64,000 nucleotides of DNA from Acidimicrobiales bacterium (GTDB lineage Bacteria > Actinomycetota > Acidimicrobiia > Acidimicrobiales > JACCXE01). Below, piece after piece: positions 47,909 to 56,771 of the stretch. The notes beneath the pieces were generated by a model, which had not been told where the DNA came from, searched no databases, and saw only the letters and a list, made by a program, of their open reading frames with translations. The translations under genes were made by a program, and so were the position numbers. The stretch spans positions 207,526-271,525 of the forward strand of contig DASZWD010000030.1 of the NCBI GenBank assembly GCA_035546775.1. The letters run 5' to 3'. The stretch's first letter is position 1; each line of letters opens with the position of its first letter.

Positions 47909-47932
47909 TCGATTATCCGGTCGATTATCCGG
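47909..47932. promoter_or_regulatory. perfect 12-bp tandem direct repeat (TCGATTATCCGG x2, degenerate third copy to 47944) upstream of GNAT paralogue C
   Basis: Read directly. On the coding (minus) strand it reads CCGGATAATCGA x2, each copy containing a GATAAT -10-like hexamer. Confidence 0.5.
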
Positions 47933-47936
47933 TCGC

Positions 47937-48719
47937 CTACCCGTTCGCCACCCAGTCGTCGATCAGGCGGCGGGCGATGGACATGCCAGGCGGGATCATC
48001 GGCAGGTCGTCGCGGGCGTACCACTGGGCGTCGGCGATCTCGCCGTCTTCGAGCACGACGTCGCCGCTGGCGTACGTCGCCCGGAACCCGAGCATGAGCG
48101 AGTGCGGGAACGGCCAGGGCTGGCTGCCCCAGTAGCGCACGTCTTTCACCTCGATGCCGACTTCCTCGCGCACCTCGCGGTGCACCGCCTGCTCCATGGT
48201 CTCGCCCGGCTCGACGAAGCCGGCGAGGCACGAGTACATGGCGACGGGGAAGTTGGCGTTGCGGCCGAGCAGCGCCTTGCCGTCCTCCTCGCGGGTGACG
48301 AGCACGATGATGGCGGGGGCTAGGCGCGGGAACGCCAGCAACCCGCACTTGGGGCACACCATGGCGCGGTGGTTCGGCGGCGGCGCCGCTTCAGTCGGCG
48401 TGCCGCAGCGGCCGCAGAACCTGTGCGTGCGCCGCCACTCGATCAACTGCACGGCGCGGCCGGCGATCGTCCACCGTTCGTCGTCGACCTTGCCGTACAG
48501 CGCCATCAACGGCATACCGGCGTCGGGTTCCTTGTCGTGGCCGTAGACGTGCTGGGTGTCGTAGTGACCGAGGTACAAGCCGCCGTCGTCGGGGACGTCG
48601 AAGGGATCGTCGCCCTTGGACAGGTCGACGATCTGCACGCTCTGGCGGCCGACGAGAATGTGCATGCCTTGGGCGTAATCGCCTTCGGGATGCGGTTCGT
48701 GGTGCGGCAGGAACCCCAT
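47937..48719 (-). CDS. nudC: NAD(+) diphosphatase NudC (Nudix)
   Basis: 260 aa. Zinc ribbon CGRCGTPT..CPKCG. Nudix box GFVEPGETMEQAVHREVREEVGI. Confidence 0.92.
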   Translation of the reverse strand: MGFLPHHEPHPEGDYAQGMHILVGRQSVQIVDLSKGDDPFDVPDDGGLYLGHYDTQHVYGHDKEPDAGMPLMALYGKVDDERWTIAGRAVQLIEWRRTHRFCGRCGTPTEAAPPPNHRAMVCPKCGLLAFPRLAPAIIVLVTREEDGKALLGRNANFPVAMYSCLAGFVEPGETMEQAVHREVREEVGIEVKDVRYWGSQPWPFPHSLMLGFRATYASGDVVLEDGEIADAQWYARDDLPMIPPGMSIARRLIDDWVANG

Positions 48720-48745
48720 GGCCTCGACAACCTAGGGTCTCGTCA

Positions 48746-49372
48746 ATGAGCGTGCTGAAGGAGCTAGTGGTCGGCGACGAGCCGGCGGTGTGGGCCGAGA
48801 TCGGGTTCAACGTCGAGAGCGACCGGTGCCGGGTCGGCCACGTCGACATCGTCTTCGACCCGTCCGTCGGCAAGGGCATCCGGCGCTGGACCCTCGTCGG
48901 TGACGGTACGGGCGACGTGGACGGCGTACCGACGACGTGGAGCGACGAAGGCCTCGACGCGGCGGGCGTGCACCCCAACGGCATCTTCGAGATCGACCAC
49001 GTCGTGCTGACGACGCCGAACATGCAGCGCACGACGGCGACCCTTGAAAGCTTCGGCATCGCGGCGCGGCGCACGCGTGAAACCGGCACGTACGGGTCGC
49101 CGATGCTCCAGACGTTCTTCCGCTTGGGCCAGCCGATTCTCGAACTAATCGGACCCAAGGAGCCGATGGGCGATCAGTCGGCTCGGTTCTTCGGCCTCGC
49201 CTTCACGTCCGAAGACCTCGAACTGACCGGCAAGACGATCGGCGACGCGCTCCATGCCGCCAAGGACGCGGTCCAGGCCGGCCGGCGCATCGCCACGCTC
49301 GACAAGTCCGCCGGCTCGACGATCGCCATCGCCATCATGAGCCCCCATACGAAAGACGAAGACGTTGTCTGA
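48746..49372 (+). CDS. VOC/glyoxalase-like domain protein
   Basis: 208 aa. IDHVVLTTPN, FFRLGQPILELI. Confidence 0.65.
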   Translation: MSVLKELVVGDEPAVWAEIGFNVESDRCRVGHVDIVFDPSVGKGIRRWTLVGDGTGDVDGVPTTWSDEGLDAAGVHPNGIFEIDHVVLTTPNMQRTTATLESFGIAARRTRETGTYGSPMLQTFFRLGQPILELIGPKEPMGDQSARFFGLAFTSEDLELTGKTIGDALHAAKDAVQAGRRIATLDKSAGSTIAIAIMSPHTKDEDVV

Positions 49373-50147
49373 CACATTGCTCGTGGAGGTGCGCGACTGC
49401 ACCGCGCTCCTCACCCTCAACCGTCCGGCGGCGCGCAACGCGCTGTCGTCGGAACTGCTGCGGGCGCTGCCTGAAGCCATCGTGGCGGCCGACGCCAACG
49501 ACGACGTCGACGTCATCGTCCTCACCGGCGCCGACCCGGCCTTCTGTGCCGGTCTCGACCTTCGTGAACTCGGCTCGTCCGGCAGCAACCTCGCCGGCGG
49601 CGCCACCTCCGACAAGGAGTGGACGACGCCGTGGCCGGCGGTGTCCAAGCCCGTCATCGGCGCCATCAACGGTCCGGCGGTCACCGGCGGCTTCGAGATC
49701 GCCCTCAACTGCGACTTTCTCATCGCGTCCGAGCGCGCCAAGTTCGGCGACACCCACGCCCGCGTGGGGCTGCTGCCAGGCTGGGGCCTCAGCGTGCTGC
49801 TGCCCCAGGCCGTCGGTATCCGCCGGGCGCGGGAGATGTCGCTGACGGGCAACTTCATGGACGCCCACGAGGCGTTGCAGTTCGGTCTCGTCAACCGCGT
49901 CGTCGCCCACGACGACCTCTTGCCCGTCACCCTCTCGATCGCCGCCGACATCGCCGGCAACGATCAGCGGTCGGTGCGGGCACTGCTCGCCGAGTACGCC
50001 GAGATCACCGGGTCGATCTACGACGACGGCCTGCGCATCGAAGCCAAGAACGCGGCGGAGTGGAACTCGCGCCGCGGCGGCTTCGACCCCGCCGAAGTGG
50101 AAAAGCGCCGCGCCGCCATCATCGAGCGCGGCCGCAAGATGGCCTAA
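49365..50147 (+). CDS. enoyl-CoA hydratase/isomerase (crotonase) family
   Basis: 260 aa. LNRPAARNAL, GAINGPAVTGGFEIAL, GLLPGWG. Confidence 0.93.
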   Translation: MSDTLLVEVRDCTALLTLNRPAARNALSSELLRALPEAIVAADANDDVDVIVLTGADPAFCAGLDLRELGSSGSNLAGGATSDKEWTTPWPAVSKPVIGAINGPAVTGGFEIALNCDFLIASERAKFGDTHARVGLLPGWGLSVLLPQAVGIRRAREMSLTGNFMDAHEALQFGLVNRVVAHDDLLPVTLSIAADIAGNDQRSVRALLAEYAEITGSIYDDGLRIEAKNAAEWNSRRGGFDPAEVEKRRAAIIERGRKMA

Positions 50148-50153
50148 CGCGTT

Positions 50154-50196
50154 CTGTGAAGGAATTCCCGCCCATAGGGCGGAAATTCCTTCACAG
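50154..50196. terminator. bidirectional stem-loop between convergent genes (20-bp stem, one mismatch, loop ATA)
   Basis: CTGTGAAGGAATTCCCGCCC-ATA-GGGCGGAAATTCCTTCACAG. The right arm covers the kinase stop codon. No long U tract. Confidence 0.55.
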
Positions 50197-51159
50197 AAGC
50201 GTGGTGAGGTCCGCGGCGGGGCGGGCGCCGATGTGGCGGATCGTCTCGGACGCGCACGCGGAGCCGAGGGCGGCGCACTGCTCCGGTTCGTACCCGTGGG
50301 TGAGGCCGTAGAGGAACCCGCCGGCGTAGGCATCGCCGGCGCCGGTGGTGTCGACGACTTGGTCGACGGGCACGCCGGGCACCGCGACCCGCTCGCCCTT
50401 CACGTACAGGACCGAGCCCTTCTCGCTGCGGGTGGTGGCGACCAGCGGGCACAGCTCACCGAGACGGCGGCCGGCGTCTTCGAGGTCGTCGGTCTCGAAC
50501 ACGGCGCGTACTTCGGTCTCGTTGCCGAACACGAGGTCGACGGGCCCGGCGAGCAACTCGAGGAACTCGGCGCGGTGACGGTCGACGCAGTACTGATCGT
50601 TGAGGGCGAGGGCGACGCGCGTGCCGCTGGCCTTGGCCGCGTCGATGGCCGCAAGCGCCGCGTCACGACACGACGGCGCGTCCCACAGGAAGCCTTCGCA
50701 ATAGAGCAGTTCGGCGGCCGCGACGGTGGCGGTGTCGACGTCGTGGGGGCTCATCTCGCTGCACGCTCCGAGATAGGTGTTCATCGTTCGCTCACCGTCG
50801 GGCGAGACGAGGATCGTGCAGTGCGCCGTCGACGGCAGCGCCGGGGCGGGCCGCGGGTCGAAGGTCACGCCGACGCGGCGGATGTCGTGGGTGAAGGCCG
50901 CGCCGAGGGCGTCGTCGGCGACGCGGCCGATGAAGGTCACCCCGCCGCCGAGCTTGGCGATGATCGCGGCGGTGTTGGCCGCGCCGCCACCGGACTGCTC
51001 GACCGCGTCGGTCAGCGCCGCGTAGAGCCGCTTCGCCTCATCGGCTTCGACGAGGCGCATCGCACCCTTGTCGAGCCCGGCGGTAGTGATGAAGTCGTCG
51101 TCGACGCGCACCAGCACGTCGACGATGGCACTGCCCAGACAAACGACTTCGTCGCTCAC
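50191..51159 (-). CDS. PfkB-family kinase (adenosine kinase-like)
   Basis: 322 aa. GGGAANTA, DTTGAGDAYAGGF. Confidence 0.85.
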   Translation of the reverse strand: MSDEVVCLGSAIVDVLVRVDDDFITTAGLDKGAMRLVEADEAKRLYAALTDAVEQSGGGAANTAAIIAKLGGGVTFIGRVADDALGAAFTHDIRRVGVTFDPRPAPALPSTAHCTILVSPDGERTMNTYLGACSEMSPHDVDTATVAAAELLYCEGFLWDAPSCRDAALAAIDAAKASGTRVALALNDQYCVDRHRAEFLELLAGPVDLVFGNETEVRAVFETDDLEDAGRRLGELCPLVATTRSEKGSVLYVKGERVAVPGVPVDQVVDTTGAGDAYAGGFLYGLTHGYEPEQCAALGSACASETIRHIGARPAADLTTLL

Positions 51160-51941
51160 TGATCTCCCTTGCGTATCGGGCGCTCGCGGGCTTTCCGCGG
51201 CGCCGGTGGTGGCGTGATCGCCGGTGGTGCGTCTTGCGCCCGCAGCGGGCGGTCGCGCTTAGGGCGAGCCGGAGCTTTGGCCGCCGCCTTGGTGGTCTTA
51301 GCCGCCTTCTTAACGGGCTTCGTCGACACGGCCTTCGTCGACACGGCCTTCGCCGGCACAGGTTCGGGCTCGGGTTGCGGCTCGGGTTCTGGTTCCGGTT
51401 CAGGTTCCGGCGCGACGGCCACCTTGCGGATGACCGGCGTGGGCTGGGGCGCGCGTTCCGGTTCGACGATGAACTCGGCTTCGGTCTGTTCCTGCGGCGC
51501 GGCCTCGGCTTGCTTGGGCGGGGGAACCGCACGCGGCACGCCCCCGCGGGCCACGGGTGCGTCCTGGGGCGCGGCCACCAGCGTTGCCGCCGCGCCCGCC
51601 ACGACGACGGCGACGACCGCGAGCGCGAACACGACGAGTCCCGCTTGGTGCGACAGGCTGGCGCCGCCCACGATCCCGATTAGCAGTACCACCGCGACGA
51701 ACGCGCCGAGCCCGCTGCGGCGAGCCCCGAAGCGATCGAGCGAACCCTTGGCCGCCGACGCTCCCCCCACAAAGAAGCCAAGCGTGCCGCAGAACACCAT
51801 GGGCACACTCGTCTGCACCGTCTCGTCGCCGAAGAGCGCGATGACGCGGCCCACGACCGCGCCGAGCAATGCACCGAGCAGCGCTCCGGCGGCCGTCGTG
51901 ACGACGGTGGCAACGAGAGGACGACGAACCATCCGACGCAT
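51156..51941 (-). CDS. membrane protein with (PE)n spacer and Lys/Ala-rich histone-H1-like C-terminal tail
   Basis: 261 aa. About four hydrophobic helices, then PEPEPEPEPEPQPEPEP, KAVSTKAVSTKPVKKAAKTTKAAAKAPARPKR. GTGA overlap with the kinase start. Confidence 0.7.
   Translation of the reverse strand: MRRMVRRPLVATVVTTAAGALLGALLGAVVGRVIALFGDETVQTSVPMVFCGTLGFFVGGASAAKGSLDRFGARRSGLGAFVAVVLLIGIVGGASLSHQAGLVVFALAVVAVVVAGAAATLVAAPQDAPVARGGVPRAVPPPKQAEAAPQEQTEAEFIVEPERAPQPTPVIRKVAVAPEPEPEPEPEPQPEPEPVPAKAVSTKAVSTKPVKKAAKTTKAAAKAPARPKRDRPLRAQDAPPAITPPPAPRKARERPIRKGDQ
51318..51410. repeat. coding tandem repeats (2.5 x 15 bp CTTCGTCGACACGGC, then about 50 bp of 6-bp GGTTCN periodicity)
   Basis: Read directly. 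These encode KAVST x2 and the (PE)n run on the minus strand. Confidence 0.8.
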
Positions 51942-51967
51942 ACTCGCACAGGCGCAATACTGCGACG

Positions 51968-54469
51968 GTGCCCGAACAACCCCCGTACCGTCTGCCCCGC
52001 ACCGTCTTGCCCAAGCGCTACGACGTCACCCTCCGCCCCGACCTCAAGGCGTTCACGTTCACCGGCCGTTCAGCGGTCACGGTGACCGCGCACGCCCCGA
52101 TTCGGTCGATCACGCTCAACGCCATCGAACTCGACATCAGTCGGGCACGACTGGAAGAAGCGGACGGCTCGTCCCACGACGCCACCGTTTCCTATGACGA
52201 GGCGGAGCAACAGGCGACGTTCGCGTTCGACCGCGAGATCGCCGCGGGCGACTACACGCTGGTTACCGAGTTCACCGGCACGCTCAACGACAAACTGCAC
52301 GGCTTCTACCGCTCGACGTTCACCGACGCCGACGGCAACGACCAGGTCATCGCCACGACGCAGTTCGAGGCAACCGATGCGCGGCGCGCCTTTCCGTGCT
52401 GGGACGAGCCCGACATCAAGGCGACCTTTGGCATCACGCTCGAAGTGCCACCGGGCCAGACCGCGCTGAGCAACGGCCACGTCGTCGCCGACGACCCGAT
52501 CGAGGGCGGATGGCACCGCCTGCGGTTTGCCGACACGATGACGATGTCGACGTACCTCGTCGCCTTCATCGTCGGCCCCTTGACCTTCACCGAGGAGGTC
52601 GACGTCGACGGCGTGCCGCTGCGCGTCGCGTGCGTCCCGGGCAAGGAACACCTCGGCGAGTTCGCCCTCGACATCGGCGCCCACTCGCTGCGCTTCTTCG
52701 CCGACTTCTTCGGCATCCCGTACCCGTCGTTCAAGCTCGACCTCGTCGCCCTGCCGGACTTCGCCTTCGGAGCCATGGAGAACCTGGGCTGCGTCACGTT
52801 CCGCGAGACGGCGCTGCTCGTCGACCCCGAGACGGCATCGACCCAGGAGATGATGCGCGTCGCCGACGTCGTCGCCCACGAGATCGCCCACATGTGGTTC
52901 GGCGACCTCGTGACCATGAAATGGTGGAACGGGATCTGGCTCAACGAGGCGTTCGCCACCTTCATGGAGATGATGTGCGCTGACGCGTTCCGGCCGCAGT
53001 GGAAGCGCTGGGGTGAGTTCGCCACCGAGCGCGCCGCGTCGATGAAGGTCGACGGACTCGGCTCGACGCGTCCCGTCGAGATCGAGGTGCGCCGCCCCGA
53101 AGAAGCCGACGCCATGTTCGACGTCCTCACCTACCAAAAAGGCTCGGCCGTCGTCCGCATGCTCGAGCAGTACCTCGGCGCCGACACGTTCCGCGAGGGC
53201 CTGCGGCTCTACATGCGCAAGCACGCGTACAAGAACACCGAGACCACCGACCTGTGGGACGCGCTCGAGGAAGCCAGCGGCCAGCCGGCGCGCTCGATCA
53301 TGGACACCTGGATCTATCAAGGCGGCTACCCGCTCGTCAGCGCGTCGATCACCGGCAGCTCGCTCGAACTTTCCCAGCGCCGGTTCCGCTACGACGGTGC
53401 GGCCGACGACACCGTCTGGGAGATTCCCGTCGTCGTACGCAGCGGCGCAGGCGAACAACGCGTGGTGCTCGGCAAGGACCCGCTCACGCTCACCGTTGCC
53501 GGTGACGGTCCCACGGTCGTCAACGCCGGTGGGTGGGGGTTCTTCCGCGTCGCCTACGACGCGTCGCTCACGGCATCGAACGCCCGTGAGCTCGGCGCGT
53601 TCAACGAGCTCGAGCGCTACAACCTCGTATCGGACGCATGGGCGGCCACGCTGGCGGGCCAGGCGGACGTCGAGAGCATGCTCGACTTGCTGCCCCACTA
53701 CCGCGACGAGACCGAGCCAGCGACGTGGACGTTGCTGGCGGAGATCTGCAACGTCTTGCGCCGCGTGCACGACAGCGATGGCCTGCGGACCTACGTGCTC
53801 GAGCTGGCGAGCCCCGCCGCCGACCGTCTCGGGTGGACGCGCACGTCGACCGAGCCGGACACCGACGGTCTCGTGCGTGGCACGGTCCTCGAACTGCTCG
53901 GCACGGTCGCCCGCGATCCAGGCGTGGTCGCCGAGGCGCGCCGGCGCGTCGACGCCGGCGAACTCACCGGAGACACCCGGCGCGCCGCGCTGCAGACCTA
54001 CGCGCGCTCGGCCGACGAAGCCAACTTCCAGACGCTGCTCGACGGCATGCGCTCGGCGCAGACTCCACAGGACGAACAGCAGTACCGCTCCGCCCTCGCG
54101 GCGGTTGGCCACGAAGCGCTGGCGCGGCGCACGTGTGACCTGTGCACAAGCGAGATCCGCTCACAGGACGTCGCCCTCGTACTGGCATACCTCATGCAAG
54201 GTCCGCAGCAAGCGGTGGTGTGGGACTGGATCGAGGCGCACTGGGGCGACGTGCAGCAGCGGCTGCCCTCAAACCTGCACGCTCGCGCCCTGTCCGGCAT
54301 CACGGCGGTCACCGACGCCGCGCTGGCGGCGCGCATCCGCCCGTTCCTCGAGGCGAATATGCCGGCGGTCGGCGCCAAGACCGTCACGCAGTACCTCGAC
54401 CTGATGGACGTCACCGTTGCCTTCGCCGGCCGCGCCCGTCACTCCCTCGTTGCGAGGTTCGGCGCCTGA
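51968..54469 (+). CDS. pepN: aminopeptidase N (M1 family)
   Basis: 833 aa. GAMEN, HEIAHMWFGDLVTMKWWNGIWLNEAFA (HExxH-x18-E). Confidence 0.96.
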   Translation: MPEQPPYRLPRTVLPKRYDVTLRPDLKAFTFTGRSAVTVTAHAPIRSITLNAIELDISRARLEEADGSSHDATVSYDEAEQQATFAFDREIAAGDYTLVTEFTGTLNDKLHGFYRSTFTDADGNDQVIATTQFEATDARRAFPCWDEPDIKATFGITLEVPPGQTALSNGHVVADDPIEGGWHRLRFADTMTMSTYLVAFIVGPLTFTEEVDVDGVPLRVACVPGKEHLGEFALDIGAHSLRFFADFFGIPYPSFKLDLVALPDFAFGAMENLGCVTFRETALLVDPETASTQEMMRVADVVAHEIAHMWFGDLVTMKWWNGIWLNEAFATFMEMMCADAFRPQWKRWGEFATERAASMKVDGLGSTRPVEIEVRRPEEADAMFDVLTYQKGSAVVRMLEQYLGADTFREGLRLYMRKHAYKNTETTDLWDALEEASGQPARSIMDTWIYQGGYPLVSASITGSSLELSQRRFRYDGAADDTVWEIPVVVRSGAGEQRVVLGKDPLTLTVAGDGPTVVNAGGWGFFRVAYDASLTASNARELGAFNELERYNLVSDAWAATLAGQADVESMLDLLPHYRDETEPATWTLLAEICNVLRRVHDSDGLRTYVLELASPAADRLGWTRTSTEPDTDGLVRGTVLELLGTVARDPGVVAEARRRVDAGELTGDTRRAALQTYARSADEANFQTLLDGMRSAQTPQDEQQYRSALAAVGHEALARRTCDLCTSEIRSQDVALVLAYLMQGPQQAVVWDWIEAHWGDVQQRLPSNLHARALSGITAVTDAALAARIRPFLEANMPAVGAKTVTQYLDLMDVTVAFAGRARHSLVARFGA

Positions 54470-54498
54470 GTCGTGACCGGCTGATCGTCGCCGCGCTG

Positions 54499-55848
54499 GT
54501 GGCGGCGGAGATCGTCATCGGCGCGGCGTACGCGCTGGGCGGCGCCGGCTATGTGCTCGACGACTGGTTCACGCTCGGCAACGCCAAGGTCGACGGCGTC
54601 TGGGGCACGCCCGGCCACCTGATCTTCGTCAACCGGCCGGGCGCCGGCCTGCTCTACTGCCTCGTGTTCGGCGTCTTCGGCGGGCACCCGCTCGTGGGAC
54701 TGGCGCTGCTGACGGCGCTCGGCGCGGCCACCGCGGCGGTGCTGTACGTGCTGTGCCGCCGCTTCGTGTCGGTTCCCGTGGCGGCGGCGGTCGCCACGGT
54801 GTGGGTGGTGTTGCCGAACCACACGTCGCTCGAATTCTGGCAGTCGTGCACGTCGTTGGCGGCGGCGACGCTGCTCACTGTGGTCGCCGCGCTGTTCGTG
54901 GCCCGCCGCGCTCCCAGCACGCGCCAGACCCTGATCGCCGCCGCCCTCGTCACTGCCGGATCACTGACGTACGAAGCGGTATTCCCTGTCGGCGCGCTCG
55001 TCGTTGTGTTCCTGCCGTTGCTCGCCGGGCGAGCGTGGCGCGGGCGCGATCTGATCGGTCGCGCCTCGCTCTTGCTACCGGCAGCGGTCTACCTCGTGCT
55101 GTACCGCAGCACGCAGAAGACCATCTCGAAAGTGGGGCCGCTCGGTCAGGTGCTCGCGGGTCACTTCGGTTGGGGCATCGTGCCCGGCGGGACCGGCGCG
55201 ACCGTGGTGCTGCTCGTGGCGATGCTGGCGCTCGCCGTGGCCGGCGTGCGCCTTGCCCTGCCCGGCTTCCGCACCGGCACCGGGCTGGGCGAGCGCCTCG
55301 TCGTCATCGGCCTCGTCGTCATCGCCGCCGGCACGATCCCGTTCACCTTCTACCTGTACGCGCCGCTCGGCGCCGGCGACCGGTTCGACCTCGTGTCGAG
55401 CATCGGCGGCGCGCTGGCGTGGACCGGCATCGGCCTGATGCTGTGGCGGTGGCGCACCGTCGTCGCCGCCGGCGCCGCCGTGTTGCTCGTCATGGCATTC
55501 ACCGCCCGCGTGCAGCGGATGGAACGCTGGACGACGGCGGCGGCCGACAGCAATCGGGTGGCGCGGGCCATTACGGCGCGCTTCCCGCAACCGCCGCCGC
55601 AGCGCGTCGTGCTCGGCCCGTCGCCCGTGCAGGATCACGACGTCGCCGCCTTGCTCGACCAGTCCAACGTGGCCGGCCTGCTGCGCTTCCTCTACGGGCG
55701 CACGGTGCCCGGCGGCATCGCCTATCGCCGCGCCGATTACGACCGCACCCCGGCCGCCTACCGGTTCGACGTATGGCGGCTGTCGCACCTGCGCGCCGAC
55801 GTCGACCTGAGCTCCGATCGGCAGGGTGTGCCGGTCACGGCCCAGTAG
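54499..55848 (+). CDS. polytopic integral membrane protein (GT-C-like glycosyltransferase fold suspected)
   Basis: About 10 hydrophobic segments followed by a soluble tail of about 100 aa. The first canonical start after pepN is GTG 54499, inside TM1 (see findings). The upstream part of the 568-aa ORF overlaps pepN and is Arg-rich. Confidence 0.65.
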   Translation: MAAEIVIGAAYALGGAGYVLDDWFTLGNAKVDGVWGTPGHLIFVNRPGAGLLYCLVFGVFGGHPLVGLALLTALGAATAAVLYVLCRRFVSVPVAAAVATVWVVLPNHTSLEFWQSCTSLAAATLLTVVAALFVARRAPSTRQTLIAAALVTAGSLTYEAVFPVGALVVVFLPLLAGRAWRGRDLIGRASLLLPAAVYLVLYRSTQKTISKVGPLGQVLAGHFGWGIVPGGTGATVVLLVAMLALAVAGVRLALPGFRTGTGLGERLVVIGLVVIAAGTIPFTFYLYAPLGAGDRFDLVSSIGGALAWTGIGLMLWRWRTVVAAGAAVLLVMAFTARVQRMERWTTAAADSNRVARAITARFPQPPPQRVVLGPSPVQDHDVAALLDQSNVAGLLRFLYGRTVPGGIAYRRADYDRTPAAYRFDVWRLSHLRADVDLSSDRQGVPVTAQ

Positions 55849-55865
55849 CCGCATACGTTCTTGGC

Positions 55866-56771
55866 GTGGACTTCACCGTCGAACCATCGCCGCCCCCCGG
55901 CCGCGAGCTGTACCGCTTCGCCACGGTGAACGACGTCCACATCGGCGAGGAGTCCTTCGGCAAGCCGCGCCGCTACCGCGAACCCGACGACCTCGAGCCG
56001 TATCCGGCCCGCTGCTTGCGCGCCGCGCTCACCGAGGCCAAGGCGTGGGGCGCGCAGCGGATCCTTGGCAAAGGCGACCTCACCGACGCCGGCAGCGAGG
56101 AAGAGTTCGAGTGGTTCGCGGCGGTCGTGCGCGACGCCGGCGTCGAGATGACGGCCATCCTCGGCAATCACGACATCCGCACCGAGGAGGTGGACGGCGC
56201 CGCGATCCTCGGCCGCCGGGGCATCGACATGGCGACCGAAGCACGCGCCCTCGACGTGCCGGGACTGCGCATCGTGATGCTGCCGTCGGTCCTCGACTAC
56301 CACGTCGGTCAGTGGAACGACACCGATCGTGAACGGGTCATCGCGCTGGCGACCGACGCAGAGCATCCCGTCTTCGTGGCGACACACCACTACCCCCAGC
56401 GCTTCAGCCGGGCCAACGAGTTCCCACCGGGCATCTCGGCGCGCAACGCCAACCCGCTGCTCGACGCCCTCGATCGCGCCGCGCCGCGGTCGATCGTGGC
56501 GTGCGGCCACACCCACCGTCACCACCGCCGCCATTACAAGTCGCTGCTCATCACCGAGATCGGCTCGACCAAGGACTTTCCCGGTGTGTGGGCGGGCTAC
56601 CGCGTCTACGAAGGCGGCATCACCCAGACGGTGCACCAGATTCAGGAACCTTCGGCGCGTGCCTGGCTCGACCGCACCGGAGGCGTGCTGTTCGGCGCTT
56701 GGCGCCACTGGTCGCCGGGCGTGCGGTCGCACCGCAACTGGACGTGGGAGTGGGCTACGCCTCGTCGCTAG
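55866..56771 (+). CDS. metallophosphoesterase
   Basis: 301 aa from in-frame GTG 55866. VNDVHIG, GDLTD, GNHD, ATHHYP, GHTHRH. Confidence 0.85.
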   Translation: MDFTVEPSPPPGRELYRFATVNDVHIGEESFGKPRRYREPDDLEPYPARCLRAALTEAKAWGAQRILGKGDLTDAGSEEEFEWFAAVVRDAGVEMTAILGNHDIRTEEVDGAAILGRRGIDMATEARALDVPGLRIVMLPSVLDYHVGQWNDTDRERVIALATDAEHPVFVATHHYPQRFSRANEFPPGISARNANPLLDALDRAAPRSIVACGHTHRHHRRHYKSLLITEIGSTKDFPGVWAGYRVYEGGITQTVHQIQEPSARAWLDRTGGVLFGAWRHWSPGVRSHRNWTWEWATPRR

